From assembly GCA_965237805.1 (NCBI GenBank), contig OZ250153.1:640001-704000 (forward strand): 64,000 nt of DNA. Direction: 5' to 3'. Positions 30,705-41,698 of this stretch are shown in pieces. This DNA is from Gammaproteobacteria bacterium. Lineage in GTDB: Bacteria > Pseudomonadota > Gammaproteobacteria > JABABF01. Under the pieces are notes generated by a model that searched no databases, was not told the DNA's origin, and saw nothing but the letters and a program-made list of their open reading frames with translations. The stretch's first letter is position 1. Each line of letters opens with the position of its first letter. Position numbers and translations under genes: made by a program.

Positions 30705-32015
30705 TCAGACCGCCTCCCAGCACAACAGGTGATAGTGCTTCTTGCCGCGGCGCAACAGGTGATAGCGGCCATAGAGGCCATCTGCCGCCCGCAACACGGT
30801 ATCCACATCGCGCTGCTGACAGCCATTGACGCTGATCGCTCCCTCGCGCACGAATTTCCGTGCTTGACCGATGGTCACAGCACCGCGCGGCGTGCGTGCC
30901 AAGCCGCCCAGCACCAGCGCCTCCAGCAACGGCAACTCCACCGCCCCGAGGCGCGTGCACGGCAGGCCATCCTGTGCCAGCTGCGCCAAATCCCCCTCTT
31001 CTAGCGTCTCGATTGCCGTCCCGAACAGCGCCTCGCTAATACGCTGCACCGCCGCCAGCCCCGCTGCCCCGTGCACCAGCTGCGTCAATTCCTCGGCCAA
31101 ATAGCGCGGTGCCTGCAGCTGGCCATCGGCATCGGCATCGAGCTGCTCGTCACGCTGCAGCTGCGCCAACGGCGCGGCACTGAAATAGCGACGGTATTGA
31201 TGGACATCGGCATCGGGCACATTGCGCCAGAACTGGTAGAAGGCATAGGGTGATGTCAACCCAGAGTCGAGCCACACCGCGCCCGCCTCCGTCTTGCCAA
31301 ACTTGCCACCATCAGCACGCGTCACGAGCGGCATGGTCAGACCGAATAACTCGGCACCGTCACGGCGCCGAGCCAGCTCGATGCCAGCGGTGATATTGCC
31401 CCACTGGTCGCTACCACCCAGCTGTGCGGTGCAAGCATGGCGGCGACGCAGCTCATCGAAGTCCTCGGCTTGCAACAGCGCGTAGCTGAACTCGGCGAAT
31501 GAAATGCCAGCATCCTCGCGCTCCAAGCGGCGGCGCACCGACTCGCGACGCAACATGGTGTTGACTGAGCTGTGTTTGCCCGGATCACGCAGGAAATCCA
31601 ACAGCTGCCGCTCACCGTACCAGGAGAGGTTGCGCTCGATGAGCAGCGTGCCGGGTAGCGGCGCACCATCCGCCGCTGGCGCATCGAGTACAGCACGCAG
31701 CTGCACCTCGAGCCGATCGGCGCTGTGGGCAACCCGCTCCGGGTCGGCCAGCGTGCGCTCCTCCTCCTTGAAGCTGGGATCGCCCACCTGAGCGGTGGCA
31801 TCGCCGATCAACGCAATCACCGTGTGACCGGCGACCCGCAGCCGACGCAGTGCGATCAGCGGCATCAGGCTACCGACATGCAGGCTGTCGGCGGTCGGGT
31901 CAAAGCCACAGTAGAGCGTGCGTGAGGTCGCGGCCAAGTGGGCTGCCAAGCGCACCTCGTCACCAGCGATCTGCGCGACCAGCCCGCGCTGGTACCATTC
32001 TTCCAACAGGGACAT
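30705..32015 (-). CDS. tyrS: Tyrosine--tRNA ligase
   Basis: YCGFDPTADSLHVG, GDPS, QLGGSDQWGNI, KFGKT, C-terminal S4 domain RRGKK. Confidence 0.98.
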   Translation of the reverse strand: MSLLEEWYQRGLVAQIAGDEVRLAAHLAATSRTLYCGFDPTADSLHVGSLMPLIALRRLRVAGHTVIALIGDATAQVGDPSFKEEERTLADPERVAHSADRLEVQLRAVLDAPAADGAPLPGTLLIERNLSWYGERQLLDFLRDPGKHSSVNTMLRRESVRRRLEREDAGISFAEFSYALLQAEDFDELRRRHACTAQLGGSDQWGNITAGIELARRRDGAELFGLTMPLVTRADGGKFGKTEAGAVWLDSGLTSPYAFYQFWRNVPDADVHQYRRYFSAAPLAQLQRDEQLDADADGQLQAPRYLAEELTQLVHGAAGLAAVQRISEALFGTAIETLEEGDLAQLAQDGLPCTRLGAVELPLLEALVLGGLARTPRGAVTIGQARKFVREGAISVNGCQQRDVDTVLRAADGLYGRYHLLRRGKKHYHLLCWEAV

Positions 32016-32144
32016 ATTCCTGTGCCGGATACGACCCATCGACAGCGGCGATATCACATATTCTAGCTAAAGTGGAGCACGTCCGACGGCGATGGCCTCG
32101 GTGGCGGGGCTACAATGCCCACCGATGCTACGCAATACGAGGCC

Positions 32145-33269
32145 ATGCCGCAGAACCTGTATCTCGGACTGATGTCCGGCACCAGCATGGACGGCATTGA
32201 TGCCGCGCTGGTGGAGTTCGGCGACGACGCGGATGGCCGTCCCTTCAGCTTGCGCACGACGATCTGCCAAACGCTGCCCGCGTCGCTGCGCGGCGAACTG
32301 CTGGCGCTTTGCAGCCCCGGTGAAGACGAGATCAACCGCCTCGGTCGCGCCGACCGCAAACTGGGTCGCGCCTTTGCCGCAGCTGTGCAAGCAGTGCTCG
32401 ACAAGGCTGGCGTCGCACCCGCCGAAGTGACGGCCATCGGCTGCCATGGCCAGACTGTGCGCCACCACCCCGACGGCGAGGACAGCTTCACCCTGCAGAT
32501 CGGCGACCCCAACACTGTGGCCGAACTGTGCGGCGTTGAGGTGGTGGCCGATTTCCGACGCCGCGACATCGCCGCTGGCGGCCAAGGGGCACCGCTGGTG
32601 CCAGCATTCCACGCCGCCGCCTTCGCCGCCCCCGGCGAGATACGCTTGATCGTCAATCTCGGCGGCATCTCCAATCTCAGCGCGCTGTGCGCCGACGGCA
32701 CGGTACTCGGCGGCGATCTCGGCCCCGGCAACCTACTGATGGATCATTGGTGCGAGCGCTACACCGGGCAGCCTTTCGACCGCGACGGGGAGTGGGCGCG
32801 CGGTGGCAAGGTGGAGCCATGGCTACTGCAGCGCCTGCTGGAATACCCCTTCTTCCAACGCCCGTGGCCAGCCAGCACCGGGCGCGAGGAATTCAATCCC
32901 AGTTGGCTCCAGCTGGGCATACTGCGCGCCGCACCCAACGCCCAGCCCCAGGATGTCCAGGCGACGCTATGCGAATTGACAGCGGCAGCGGTGGCGCGGG
33001 GGGTGGCCAAAGTGCCACAGGCCACAGGCGTGCCGATCCACCTGTGCGGTGGCGGCGCACACAACACCTATTTGGTGGAGCGCATCGCCGTGCAGGCACA
33101 GGGACATCCAGTGCGCGACACATCGGAGCTGGGTCTAGAGCCTGAGTGGGTCGAGGCGGTGGGCTTCGCCTGGCTGGCCCGCCAAACACTGCTGGGGCGA
33201 GCGGGCAACGCCCCGGCGGCCACCGGCGCGGCGGGAGAACGGGTGTTGGGGGGACGGTGGGGCGGCTAG
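32145..33269 (+). CDS. anmK: Anhydro-N-acetylmuramic acid kinase
   Basis: GLMSGTSMDGID, HGQT..H, DFRRRD.A.GGQGAPLVP, NLGGISN, STGRE.F, CGGG. Start 32145 (GAGG RBS) or 32115. Confidence 0.97.
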   Translation: MPQNLYLGLMSGTSMDGIDAALVEFGDDADGRPFSLRTTICQTLPASLRGELLALCSPGEDEINRLGRADRKLGRAFAAAVQAVLDKAGVAPAEVTAIGCHGQTVRHHPDGEDSFTLQIGDPNTVAELCGVEVVADFRRRDIAAGGQGAPLVPAFHAAAFAAPGEIRLIVNLGGISNLSALCADGTVLGGDLGPGNLLMDHWCERYTGQPFDRDGEWARGGKVEPWLLQRLLEYPFFQRPWPASTGREEFNPSWLQLGILRAAPNAQPQDVQATLCELTAAAVARGVAKVPQATGVPIHLCGGGAHNTYLVERIAVQAQGHPVRDTSELGLEPEWVEAVGFAWLARQTLLGRAGNAPAATGAAGERVLGGRWGG

Positions 33270-33347
33270 CCCTCTTTGGCCGCCCAGCTGCGGTCGGGGC
33301 CGACATCGGGCGATAAATCGCCGTGCAGGCGGCTGAGGCCAGCGCCC

Positions 33348-34406
33348 TTAGAAAATCTTCCGAATGCGGTCTTCAATCTCCTGCAGCGCAGCCTCGGCGT
33401 GCTCTGGAATCAGATTGGCCAACTCTTCCTGCGCTATTTTGATATGGCTGTAAATCATGGCTTTGGCCTCCGCGACCGGGACATTGTCGATGACGCTTTT
33501 GATCCGCTCAATGGTGTCGTGGCCATATTCCTCTGCGACGCTTGCCTGTTCGCGTTTATCGAAAACGCCATCCTCAACGACCTCGTAGGCCAATCGCCAC
33601 ATGGCGAAGTCGTGTTTTGCCTGAGCGATGCGTTGCTTGGCGAAGTCCTCAAGATAGAGCGTCAAATCCGCCTGCACCCGCTCATCGAGTGGCGACATCC
33701 GTTCCCCGGGGAAATTCGGTGCCGCTTGCACGACAGCATCAAACCACAAAAGTGCACGACAGCGCACCGGAATAGAGGAGTGACTGTCGCCAGCGCTTGC
33801 CGGGGCAACAGCGACCGATGCCAGTTCGAATTGGGCGACAAAGGCGGCCGTATCAAACCGCAAATAGGGCTCAGACAACCCTGAGACTGTTTTCACAATC
33901 GCCTTGATCGCGGCATCGAACGAAGCGCAGGCAATTAGCCCTAGGCGATCCACAGAGATTTCCCGCGCCCACCAGCGTGTGAAGAGCCCCATGCTCTCCC
34001 GATACGCCTCGGCGCTCAGATCCTCAGAGCCCAGCAACCAGTGCCCCAACTCTTGGCCGACGACAAATTTCAATTCCTGCTCACTGAGCAACTTGATCAT
34101 GGCAGAAGAAATCCGCAAGATGCATGCCGTCACATCACCGTTAAAGCAGTCCACCTTGATGGCGGGAGATGGATAGACAAAGGCCGCCACCTGATCGGCG
34201 GGAATCGCCAACTTGGCATAGACCTCATTGAGACAAGCGAACAACCCCGGCGTCAACTCCGCAGACAGTTGCAAGTGGTCTTGAAAATACTGGCTCCTGA
34301 CGAAATCGTCATGGGGGCGTTCGCCAGTCGGCTGGCTCCTGAGCTCATCGCCAGAAAATTTTATTTTTGTTGCGAACGCACGTGCCGCATGGAGGTGGTC
34401 GCTCAT
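33348..34406 (-). CDS. M48-family metallopeptidase-like protein with degenerate zinc motif (QELGH) and TerB-like C-terminus
   Basis: ELKFVVGQELGH, EISVDRLGL, SHSSIPVR (compare HExxH / E..aD / THP..R); C-terminal DGVFDKRE. Confidence 0.75.
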   Translation of the reverse strand: MSDHLHAARAFATKIKFSGDELRSQPTGERPHDDFVRSQYFQDHLQLSAELTPGLFACLNEVYAKLAIPADQVAAFVYPSPAIKVDCFNGDVTACILRISSAMIKLLSEQELKFVVGQELGHWLLGSEDLSAEAYRESMGLFTRWWAREISVDRLGLIACASFDAAIKAIVKTVSGLSEPYLRFDTAAFVAQFELASVAVAPASAGDSHSSIPVRCRALLWFDAVVQAAPNFPGERMSPLDERVQADLTLYLEDFAKQRIAQAKHDFAMWRLAYEVVEDGVFDKREQASVAEEYGHDTIERIKSVIDNVPVAEAKAMIYSHIKIAQEELANLIPEHAEAALQEIEDRIRKIF

Positions 34407-34439
34407 GTGCCGGGGATATTTGGAAAAATACGCTAGATC

Positions 34440-34468
34440 ATTCTAACAATAGTGTGTGGCGACGGCAA
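34440..34468 (-). promoter_or_regulatory. sigma70 promoter upstream of the M48-like gene
   Basis: TTGCCG-N17-TAGAAT with a TGn extension. Confidence 0.5.
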
Positions 34469-34515
34469 TTAGGGAGGGCGTATCGTGCTTGGTTTTTCCT
34501 GTGGCCAGCCACTGC

Positions 34516-35018
34516 TCAAGAGTGCCCTATAGAGTGCTGCATAACACTCGCTATATGGGTGCCATAAAAACATGCCAATTTAGGTGGGACAGCATTCCCA
34601 ATCAATGTCGCCAGAAAATGCAAGTTATTCGCAGGGTGAAAACATAAGATTCCGGAAAACTTTGCAACAAAGCACCCTCCTTAATAGAAAGGGCACGATT
34701 CTGTTTAGGATCATAGTGCCCAAATCGTCCACTGGTGATAGTGACAAATTTAGTGGTAATTGTCGGAGACACGCAAGCTCTCGACATACGGGTATAAGTA
34801 TCCCCATACCCACGGCTGTCCATGCGGCTATTCAATCTGCGGTGGCAAGGCAATGATCAATCCCCATACTGCGTTTTATGCAAATAACGATTGGAAGCTC
34901 CAAGCGGAGCACAGGATATACGTTTTAGATTAAGGTCAGACAATCGCCGGGTGCGATGATTAAGAACCGTTGGATCAACAGCACCAGCCTCCAGACGAGG
35001 CAATTTTCCAATTACATC
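34516..35018 (-). pseudogene. DNA (cytosine-5)-methyltransferase C-terminal remnant
   Basis: DVIGKLPRLEAG..NH..LSDLNLKRI..*..PCH..YTRM..SPTITT..GRFGH..QNRALSIKEGALLQSFP / LIGNAVPPKLA. In-frame TGA at 34857-34859, frameshift at the A4 run 34639-34642, catalytic N-terminal half missing. Confidence 0.88.
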
Positions 35019-35200
35019 GTTAATGCTCCGACAGCGCTTGTCTGCTGATTAGAGATGGTATCCCAATTTTTGGGTCGCCCACCATAGGGCTGCCAATCTT
35101 CATCAGAGAAATTTTCTTGAGAAATGATCTGTTCAACGCATTCCGCAGAAAACGCGGACAGTAGTTCCTCTAAAACTTCATAAGACCGTTGATGATCCAT
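35012..35200 (-). pseudogene. N-terminal stub of a probable GHKL-type ATPase of restriction-modification loci
   Basis: MDHQRSYEVLEELL..WQPYGGRPKNWDTISNQQTSAVGALT* resembles the W.P.G...N...I.NQQ....AL.E...N..DA start of such proteins, cut just before the ExxxN motif; low GC. Confidence 0.55.
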
Positions 35201-35210
35201 GATAATACCC

Positions 35211-36080
35211 CTACCCCACTTCCTCTGGAATATGAAAGCTCGGGTTCTCGGCGGCCAGGATCTCGCGCAGACGCACATTGCAGGAGTCGCGCCAGCCGTC
35301 CTCGGCGAGGATGTAGAAGCGGTTCTCGCGCACTGCCCGCACAATGCGATCGGCCATCACCGCGGGGTCTAAGCCGGTCGCCGTGCCATCGGCGGTGGCC
35401 TGATGGATCAGCTCGCGATACACCGCGTTCTCGCCTGTACCCTCGGCGCTGGGTGCGGTCGCGTGGCGCTGGCGATCGGCGATGCGGGTGTCGACCAATT
35501 CGGGACATAGCGCCGAGACACCGATGGCACTGGGCGCAGACTCCAGTTCCTTGTACAAGACCTCGCTCAGGCACAGCACCGCATGCTTGCTGATGCAGTA
35601 GCCACCGGAGCCGGGCATGGTCGTCAGCGCGGCCATCGAGCAGGTGTTGACAATGTGCATCTCGCCCTCGCCTCCCCGCTCCTGCTCCAACATCATCGGC
35701 ACAAAGGCCTGCACTCCGTGCAACATGCCCCAACAGTTGACATCCATCTGCCAGTGAAAATCTTCTATCGGTGACTCCCACAAGCGCCCACCGGTCAACA
35801 CCCCGGCGTTATTGCAGAGCAGGTGCACGGCACCGAAGGCCTCCTTTGCCGCCGCCGCCAAGGCGTGCACAGACTGCAAATCCCTGACATCGGTGGTCTG
35901 CACTGCACACTCGGCTCCGGACTCGCGCAGCTCGGCTGCGACCGCCGCCAGCGGCTCGGCTTCGACATCGGCCAAGACGACGCGCATGCCCTCGCTGGCC
36001 AGCCGACGCCCCAGCGCCCGGCCGATGCCGCTGGCGGCACCGGTGACAACGGCTGTCTTGCCAGTGAACTCGCCGATCAC
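35211..36080 (-). CDS. SDR family NAD(P)-dependent oxidoreductase
   Basis: TGAASGIG, CNNAGV, HIVNT.S.A, YCISK. Confidence 0.92.
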   Translation of the reverse strand: MIGEFTGKTAVVTGAASGIGRALGRRLASEGMRVVLADVEAEPLAAVAAELRESGAECAVQTTDVRDLQSVHALAAAAKEAFGAVHLLCNNAGVLTGGRLWESPIEDFHWQMDVNCWGMLHGVQAFVPMMLEQERGGEGEMHIVNTCSMAALTTMPGSGGYCISKHAVLCLSEVLYKELESAPSAIGVSALCPELVDTRIADRQRHATAPSAEGTGENAVYRELIHQATADGTATGLDPAVMADRIVRAVRENRFYILAEDGWRDSCNVRLREILAAENPSFHIPEEVG

Positions 36081-37219
36081 GATGCACTATCGGCATCGGG
36101 CAGGCTGGCCTCGGCGGCGGCGAGCAGATCGCGCCCCATGTCCAACGTCCCCGCCTGACCAGCGAAGAAGTGCTGGGTGCTGGCGTGCACATCGCGGAAA
36201 CAGCGCGCCAGCGGCCCTTCCCGCAGCGCCTCGGTGCCGCTGTGCAAATAGCACTCGCGCACGATGTCGGCGGCCTCGTGGGACAGGAACACCGTCGCTT
36301 GGCGCAGCGCGTTGCACACGGTGTTGTCCAGCGGACGGTCGTCGCGTACGCTGTCCTCAGCCTTCGCCGCCGCCTCCCGCAGCCATGCGCGGACAGCGCG
36401 GTAACGCGACTCGGCGCGGGTGATGGAGATGATGAAATGATCGCTGTCAGCCAGCTTAGTGGCGTGCCCCATGCGCAGCCGCCCGCCAGCGGCCAAGCGC
36501 AAGGCCTCGTCCAGCGCGCGCCGCGCCACGCCGAGGCTGAAGCCGGAGTGACCGATGGCGGTCAGCGGCATGATGCCGAGGCGATAGACATCACCGCCGC
36601 GCTGCACCTCGGGCGCGATGATGTCGAAAGTGGCCCCGACCGGCACCTCGACATCGCGGATGATGTAATCCACACTGGCGGTGCTCTGCAAGCCCATCAC
36701 ATCCCAACCGTCGCGGAACTCCACCTGCGCCTTGGGCACACAGCTGCCGAGCATTTGTGGCTCGGCATCGTCGGTCACCATGCCGAGGCCGATGAACTCT
36801 GAGAACAGCACGCCGCTGCCGAAGCGGTAATCGCCGCTGACGCGATAGGCATCGCCCTCGCGCACCCCCATGCCATTGGGCGCGAACTGGCCGGCCACCA
36901 GCGGCACACCATTGGCGAACATGCGCTCGGCGTTGGCTTTGTCGGTGTAGGCACCGAAGAAGGCGGTGGCAACCGCAGTGGCCATATAGCACCAACCGGA
37001 GGAAGGGTCGGCACGCGACACCTCGGCGAAGATGTCGAGGATATCGACCAGCGGCAGTTCCAAACCGCCGACATCGCGCGGTGCCATCACTGCAAAGAGT
37101 TCGGCATCGCGCAACAGACGCACGCTGTCGTCGGACATGGCACCATCGCCGACGGCGATGGCATTGGCGTCGATTTGATCGGCAAGGTCGCGCGCACGCG
37201 ACAGGTATTGTTGGCTCAT
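36077..37219 (-). CDS. Acyl-CoA dehydrogenase-fold flavin-dependent monooxygenase (HsaA/IacA-like)
   Basis: P..VGGLE, D.S.GW, FGSG, W.VMGL..T.S.D, R.FRD.H...QH. Confidence 0.82.
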   Translation of the reverse strand: MSQQYLSRARDLADQIDANAIAVGDGAMSDDSVRLLRDAELFAVMAPRDVGGLELPLVDILDIFAEVSRADPSSGWCYMATAVATAFFGAYTDKANAERMFANGVPLVAGQFAPNGMGVREGDAYRVSGDYRFGSGVLFSEFIGLGMVTDDAEPQMLGSCVPKAQVEFRDGWDVMGLQSTASVDYIIRDVEVPVGATFDIIAPEVQRGGDVYRLGIMPLTAIGHSGFSLGVARRALDEALRLAAGGRLRMGHATKLADSDHFIISITRAESRYRAVRAWLREAAAKAEDSVRDDRPLDNTVCNALRQATVFLSHEAADIVRECYLHSGTEALREGPLARCFRDVHASTQHFFAGQAGTLDMGRDLLAAAEASLPDADSAS

Positions 37220-37421
37220 TGCATCCTCGCTAATGGTGTCTGTGACGGCACCCTGATCGGTGCCCGGCTCACCCGCAGATGCGAGTGGCCTGATTATAGG
37301 GCGCTACACGATGGCGGGTGCTGGCTGGTGGCACCTAAGCTAGGGTGTCCCGACCAGCTTGACAATCAGCATATCCAGCTAGCGCTCTGTGTCGACAGCG
37401 CCGAGGCGACCGCCAGCTGCG

Positions 37422-40274
37422 CTACTTGCGCCGACGAGCGGCGCGGCGGCGCGGGTTGAGCATTCGGCGCAGAAAAACACCAGTGTGTGAAGCCTTACAG
37501 GCCACCACCTCCTCCGGCGAACCCATCGCCACCACCCGGCCGCCATCCTTGCCGCCCTCGGGTCCCAAATCGACAATCCAATCTGCGGTTTTGATCACAT
37601 CGAGGTTGTGCTCTATCACCACCACCGTGTTGCCCTGATCGCACAGGCGATGCAGCACCGACAGCAACTGTCGCACATCGTGAAAATGCAAGCCGGTGGT
37701 TGGCTCGTCCAGCAGATACAGCGTCCGTCCCGTGCCGCGCCGCGACAACTCGCGCGAGAGTTTGACACGCTGTGCCTCGCCGCCGGACAGCGTGGTCGCC
37801 GACTGGCCCAAGCGAATATAAGACAGGCCGACATCGACCAAGGTCTGCAGGCGGCGGGCCAGCATCGGCACCGGATCGAAAAATTCGCGCGCCGTGGCCA
37901 CCGTCATCTCGAGCACTTCGTGAATGTTGCGGTCTTTGTAGCGCACTTCCAGCGTCTCGCGGTTGTAGCGCTGGCCGCCGCAGGTCTCGCAACTGACATA
38001 GATATCGGGCAAAAAGTGCATCTCCACCTTGATCAAGCCGTCGCCATGGCAGGTCTCGCAACGCCCGCCAGCTACATTGAAGCTGAAGCGCCCGGGCTTG
38101 TAGCCGCGCGCACGCGCCTCGCGAGTGGCCGCAAATAACTCGCGCACTGGCGTAAACAGTCCGGTGTAGGTAGCCGGATTCGAGCGCGGCGTACGGCCGA
38201 TGGGGCCTTGATCGATGGACACACATTTGTCCAGCGCGTCGAGACCCGTCGCCCGCTTGAAAGGCATCGCACGCGGGGCGACAGATTCCCGTAGTAGACG
38301 CGCGGCCACCGCCGGGTACAGCGTCTGATTGATCAGCGTCGACTTGCCCGAACCGGACACGCCAGTGACGCAACAAAACAGTCCCAGCGGCAGCGTCAAA
38401 TCAACCGCACACAGATTGTTACCGGTGGCACCCTCAACCACCAGCTGCCGCTGCTCGTCACGCTGGCGGCGGTGCTTTGGCAACGGAATGCTCTCGGCAC
38501 CGGACAGATAGCGCCCGGTCAGCGAATCCGGACTGGCCTCCAAGTTCTCCAGCGAACCGCTGCCGACCACCATCCCACCGTCCGCGCCAGCACCTGGGCC
38601 GATGTCGATCAAATAATCGGCACTGCGAATCGCCTCTTCGTCGTGCTCGACCACCACCACCGTGTTGCCGAGATCCCGCAGGCGGAACAAGGTGCTCAAC
38701 AGGCGGCTGTTGTCGCGCGGATGCAGGCCGATCGACGGCTCGTCCAGCGTATAGAGCACCCCGACCAAACCGGCCCCGATCTGGCTGGCGAGCCGGATGC
38801 GTTGCGCCTCACCGCCGGACAGGCTTTCGGCGCGGCGCTCCAAACTCAAATAGCCCAGACCGACATCGGCTAAAAAACGCAGGCGACTGCGGATTTCTTG
38901 CAGTATCTTCTCAGCGATCTCGCCGCGGTGTCCGCTGAGGTGGAGCTGCTCGAAATGGCTCAGCGCCTCGTCCACTGGCAAGGCACTCAGCTGTGGCAGA
39001 TTGGCATCGCCGATAAAGACATGGCGCGCCTCTTCGCGCAATCGCCCGCCTTGACAGCTGGGGCAGGGTCGGGTGCTGATAAAGCGCAACAGCTCCTCGC
39101 GCAAGCGCTCGGATTCGGTCTCGCGATAGCGCCGCTCCAAATTGGGCAGCACCCCCTCAAAGCGCGTGCGACGGCGGAAGATCCGTCCGTTCTCCGCCAC
39201 ATGGCGCAGTTCCACCACCTCATCGCCACTGCCGTCGAGGATGAGACGCTGGTGACGGCGGGAAAGACGCCGGAACGGGATGTCCATGCGGAAGCCATAA
39301 TGTTCCGACAGCGAGCGCAGTATCTGGAAATAGAAGGTGTTGCGATCCCAACCGCGAATCGCCCCCTCGGTCAAAGTGGCCTCGGGCTCCACCACCCGCT
39401 CGGTGTCGAAGAAGCGGCTGACGCCGAGACCGTCACAGTCACGGCAGGCACCGGCCGGGTTGTTGAAGGAGAAAAATCGCGGCTCCATCTCCGGGATGCT
39501 GTAGCCACATTCCGGGCAGGCGTAGAGGGAGGACAGGCGCAGGGTCTCGCCGTCACCGTCCATCGGCGCGACTTGCACCAAGCCCTCGCCGACCCGCAAT
39601 GCGGTCTCCAAAGATTCGGCGAGCCGCGATTGCTGGCCCGGGCGGATGCGGAAGCGATCGACCACCGCCTCGATGCTGTGCTTGCGCCGCTTGTCCAAGG
39701 CGGGAGCCTGATCCAAATCGACTAGGATGCCGTCGATGCGGGTGCGCACGAAGCCGCTGCGTCGCAACTCTTCGAGCACATGCAGGTGCTCACCCTTGCG
39801 GTCGCGCACCACCGGTGCCAACAGCATCCAGCGCCGCTCGGCATCGAGCTGCGAGATGGCGTCGACCATCTCGCTGATGTTGCGCCCCGCCAAACGCTCG
39901 CCGTGGCGCGGGCAACGCGGCTCACCGGTGCGGGCGAACAGCAACCGCAAATAGTCTTGGATCTCGGTGATGGTGCCGACGGTGGAGCGCGGGTTGTGGG
40001 AGGTGGATTTCTGCTCGATAGAAATCGCTGGCGAGAGCCCTTCAATGTGATCCACATCGGGCTTTTGCATCAGAGACAGGAACTGCCGCGCATAGGCTGA
40101 CAGTGACTCGACATAACGCCGTTGCCCTTCGGCGTAGAGCGTGTCGAAGACCAGCGATGATTTACCCGAACCGGACAGCCCCGTGACGACGATCAGCTGG
40201 TTGCGCGGCAGGTCGACATCGATCTGCCGCAGGTTGTGGGTGCGGGCACCGCGCACACGGATGAAATCGCTCAA
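37422..40274 (-). CDS. uvrA: Excinuclease ABC subunit A
   Basis: [16 protein letters not shown], two ABC modules (LSGGE x2), Zn fingers. TTG start at 40274 assumed. Confidence 0.98.
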   Translation of the reverse strand: MSDFIRVRGARTHNLRQIDVDLPRNQLIVVTGLSGSGKSSLVFDTLYAEGQRRYVESLSAYARQFLSLMQKPDVDHIEGLSPAISIEQKSTSHNPRSTVGTITEIQDYLRLLFARTGEPRCPRHGERLAGRNISEMVDAISQLDAERRWMLLAPVVRDRKGEHLHVLEELRRSGFVRTRIDGILVDLDQAPALDKRRKHSIEAVVDRFRIRPGQQSRLAESLETALRVGEGLVQVAPMDGDGETLRLSSLYACPECGYSIPEMEPRFFSFNNPAGACRDCDGLGVSRFFDTERVVEPEATLTEGAIRGWDRNTFYFQILRSLSEHYGFRMDIPFRRLSRRHQRLILDGSGDEVVELRHVAENGRIFRRRTRFEGVLPNLERRYRETESERLREELLRFISTRPCPSCQGGRLREEARHVFIGDANLPQLSALPVDEALSHFEQLHLSGHRGEIAEKILQEIRSRLRFLADVGLGYLSLERRAESLSGGEAQRIRLASQIGAGLVGVLYTLDEPSIGLHPRDNSRLLSTLFRLRDLGNTVVVVEHDEEAIRSADYLIDIGPGAGADGGMVVGSGSLENLEASPDSLTGRYLSGAESIPLPKHRRQRDEQRQLVVEGATGNNLCAVDLTLPLGLFCCVTGVSGSGKSTLINQTLYPAVAARLLRESVAPRAMPFKRATGLDALDKCVSIDQGPIGRTPRSNPATYTGLFTPVRELFAATREARARGYKPGRFSFNVAGGRCETCHGDGLIKVEMHFLPDIYVSCETCGGQRYNRETLEVRYKDRNIHEVLEMTVATAREFFDPVPMLARRLQTLVDVGLSYIRLGQSATTLSGGEAQRVKLSRELSRRGTGRTLYLLDEPTTGLHFHDVRQLLSVLHRLCDQGNTVVVIEHNLDVIKTADWIVDLGPEGGKDGGRVVAMGSPEEVVACKASHTGVFLRRMLNPRRRAARRRK

Positions 40275-40397
40275 TGGAATAGGCTCGGAACAGCTGACAA
40301 CAGACGGCGACAAGGCCATCGGATAGTATAGCGCCCGCCACTTTCTCATGGAGAGAGGCATAGAGTGCTACTCGACACCTCTCGACCATTGCAGCCG

Positions 40398-41612
40398 ATG
40401 CCCTCCTCATCGCAACAAATGACAGCCTTGGAGCGCCGTGCGCTGACGGTGCTGGCCGCACTCTACAGCATGCGCATGCTGGGGCTGTTCATGATTCTGC
40501 CGGTGCTACCGCTGTACATAGGGCGCATTCCCGGTGCCACACCGGTGGCGGTCGGACTGGCAATAGGTGCCTATGGGCTCAGCCAGGCCCTGCTGCAATA
40601 CCCCTTCGGCTGGCTGTCAGATCGCTATGGTCGACGCGCATTGCTACTAGTAGGGCTCGGCCTGTTCATCGCTGGCAGCGTGCTCGCGGCGCTGTCGCAG
40701 ACCATCATCGGCATCACTGCAGGACGCCTCTTGCAGGGCTCTGGAGCCATCGCTGGCGTGCTGCTCGCCTGTCTCGGCGACCAGCTGCGAGCACCCCAAC
40801 GCATGGCCGGCATGGCGGTGATCGGCATCACCATCGGTGCCAGCTTCCTCGCCGCCCTGATACTGGGACCGCTGTTGCTACCGCTGGGCGGTCTACAAGC
40901 GGTGTTTTTCACCAACGCCGCGCTGGGGCTGCTCGGCTTCGTGCTGGTGCTGACGCTGCTACCGGGCAGCCCACCGACGCCGGACAGCACCCCAGCAGAT
41001 CCGGATGGACAAGGGGCTGTGCAAAGCCCGGCGGGGGAGCGAAGATCGATGCTGGGGTGGTGCGGCGTGGCCTGCTCGATCCACCTCACGCTGACAGCAG
41101 CCTTCGTCGCCATTCCCGGCATCCTGTGGCAGCAGCTCGGCTATGCGCCCTCATCCCACTGGCGGCTATACGCTATCGTGCTGCCGCTCTCGGCCTTGCC
41201 GATGCTGTGGCTGGCGTACTGGCGACGGCACCCGCACCCCGCCCTGCTGCCAGCGGCGATGCTGAGCAGCGCACTGGCGCTCGGCCTGTTGGCCCTCGCT
41301 CCGACGGCAACATTGCCGGGGCTACTGCTGTTCTTTGTTGGCTTCAACCTATTGGAAGCCACGCTGCCAGCGATGATGACCCAGCGGGCACCGATGACGC
41401 GGCGCGGCGCGGCACTCGGCTTGTTCAGCAGTGCGCAATTCCTCGGAGCCTTCGGCGGCGGCCTGCTCGGCGGTATCGCACTCCAGTGGGGCGGTACCGA
41501 GGCTCCCTTCGCACTGGGAGCCGTATTGCTCGGCTGCTGGCTGCCATGGCTGTGGCGCAACGCCAAGGCGCCGACAGACAGCGCTGGGAAAATGACAATG
41601 GCGCGCACCTGA
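40398..41612 (+). CDS. MFS transporter (YajR-like)
   Basis: RMLGLFMILPV, GWLSDRYGRR, GRLLQGSGAI, FNLLEA.LP; conserved uvrA-MFS-ssb synteny. Confidence 0.9.
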   Translation: MPSSSQQMTALERRALTVLAALYSMRMLGLFMILPVLPLYIGRIPGATPVAVGLAIGAYGLSQALLQYPFGWLSDRYGRRALLLVGLGLFIAGSVLAALSQTIIGITAGRLLQGSGAIAGVLLACLGDQLRAPQRMAGMAVIGITIGASFLAALILGPLLLPLGGLQAVFFTNAALGLLGFVLVLTLLPGSPPTPDSTPADPDGQGAVQSPAGERRSMLGWCGVACSIHLTLTAAFVAIPGILWQQLGYAPSSHWRLYAIVLPLSALPMLWLAYWRRHPHPALLPAAMLSSALALGLLALAPTATLPGLLLFFVGFNLLEATLPAMMTQRAPMTRRGAALGLFSSAQFLGAFGGGLLGGIALQWGGTEAPFALGAVLLGCWLPWLWRNAKAPTDSAGKMTMART

Positions 41613-41698
41613 TTTGATGTTTGTAGTGAGCGCTGGGGGGAGATTACAATGCCCTTTCAGAGCTGATACGAACAGCACAGGCAGTAGGAGTATCGACC

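Noticed and set aside
34857-34859. In-frame TGA in the methyltransferase remnant as possible selenocysteine or readthrough
   Set aside because: The position is not catalytic, and the gene also has a frameshift and lacks its N-terminal half, so decay is the simpler explanation.
40275-40400. LexA (SOS) box between uvrA and the MFS gene
   Set aside because: No convincing CTGT-N8-ACAG match was found.
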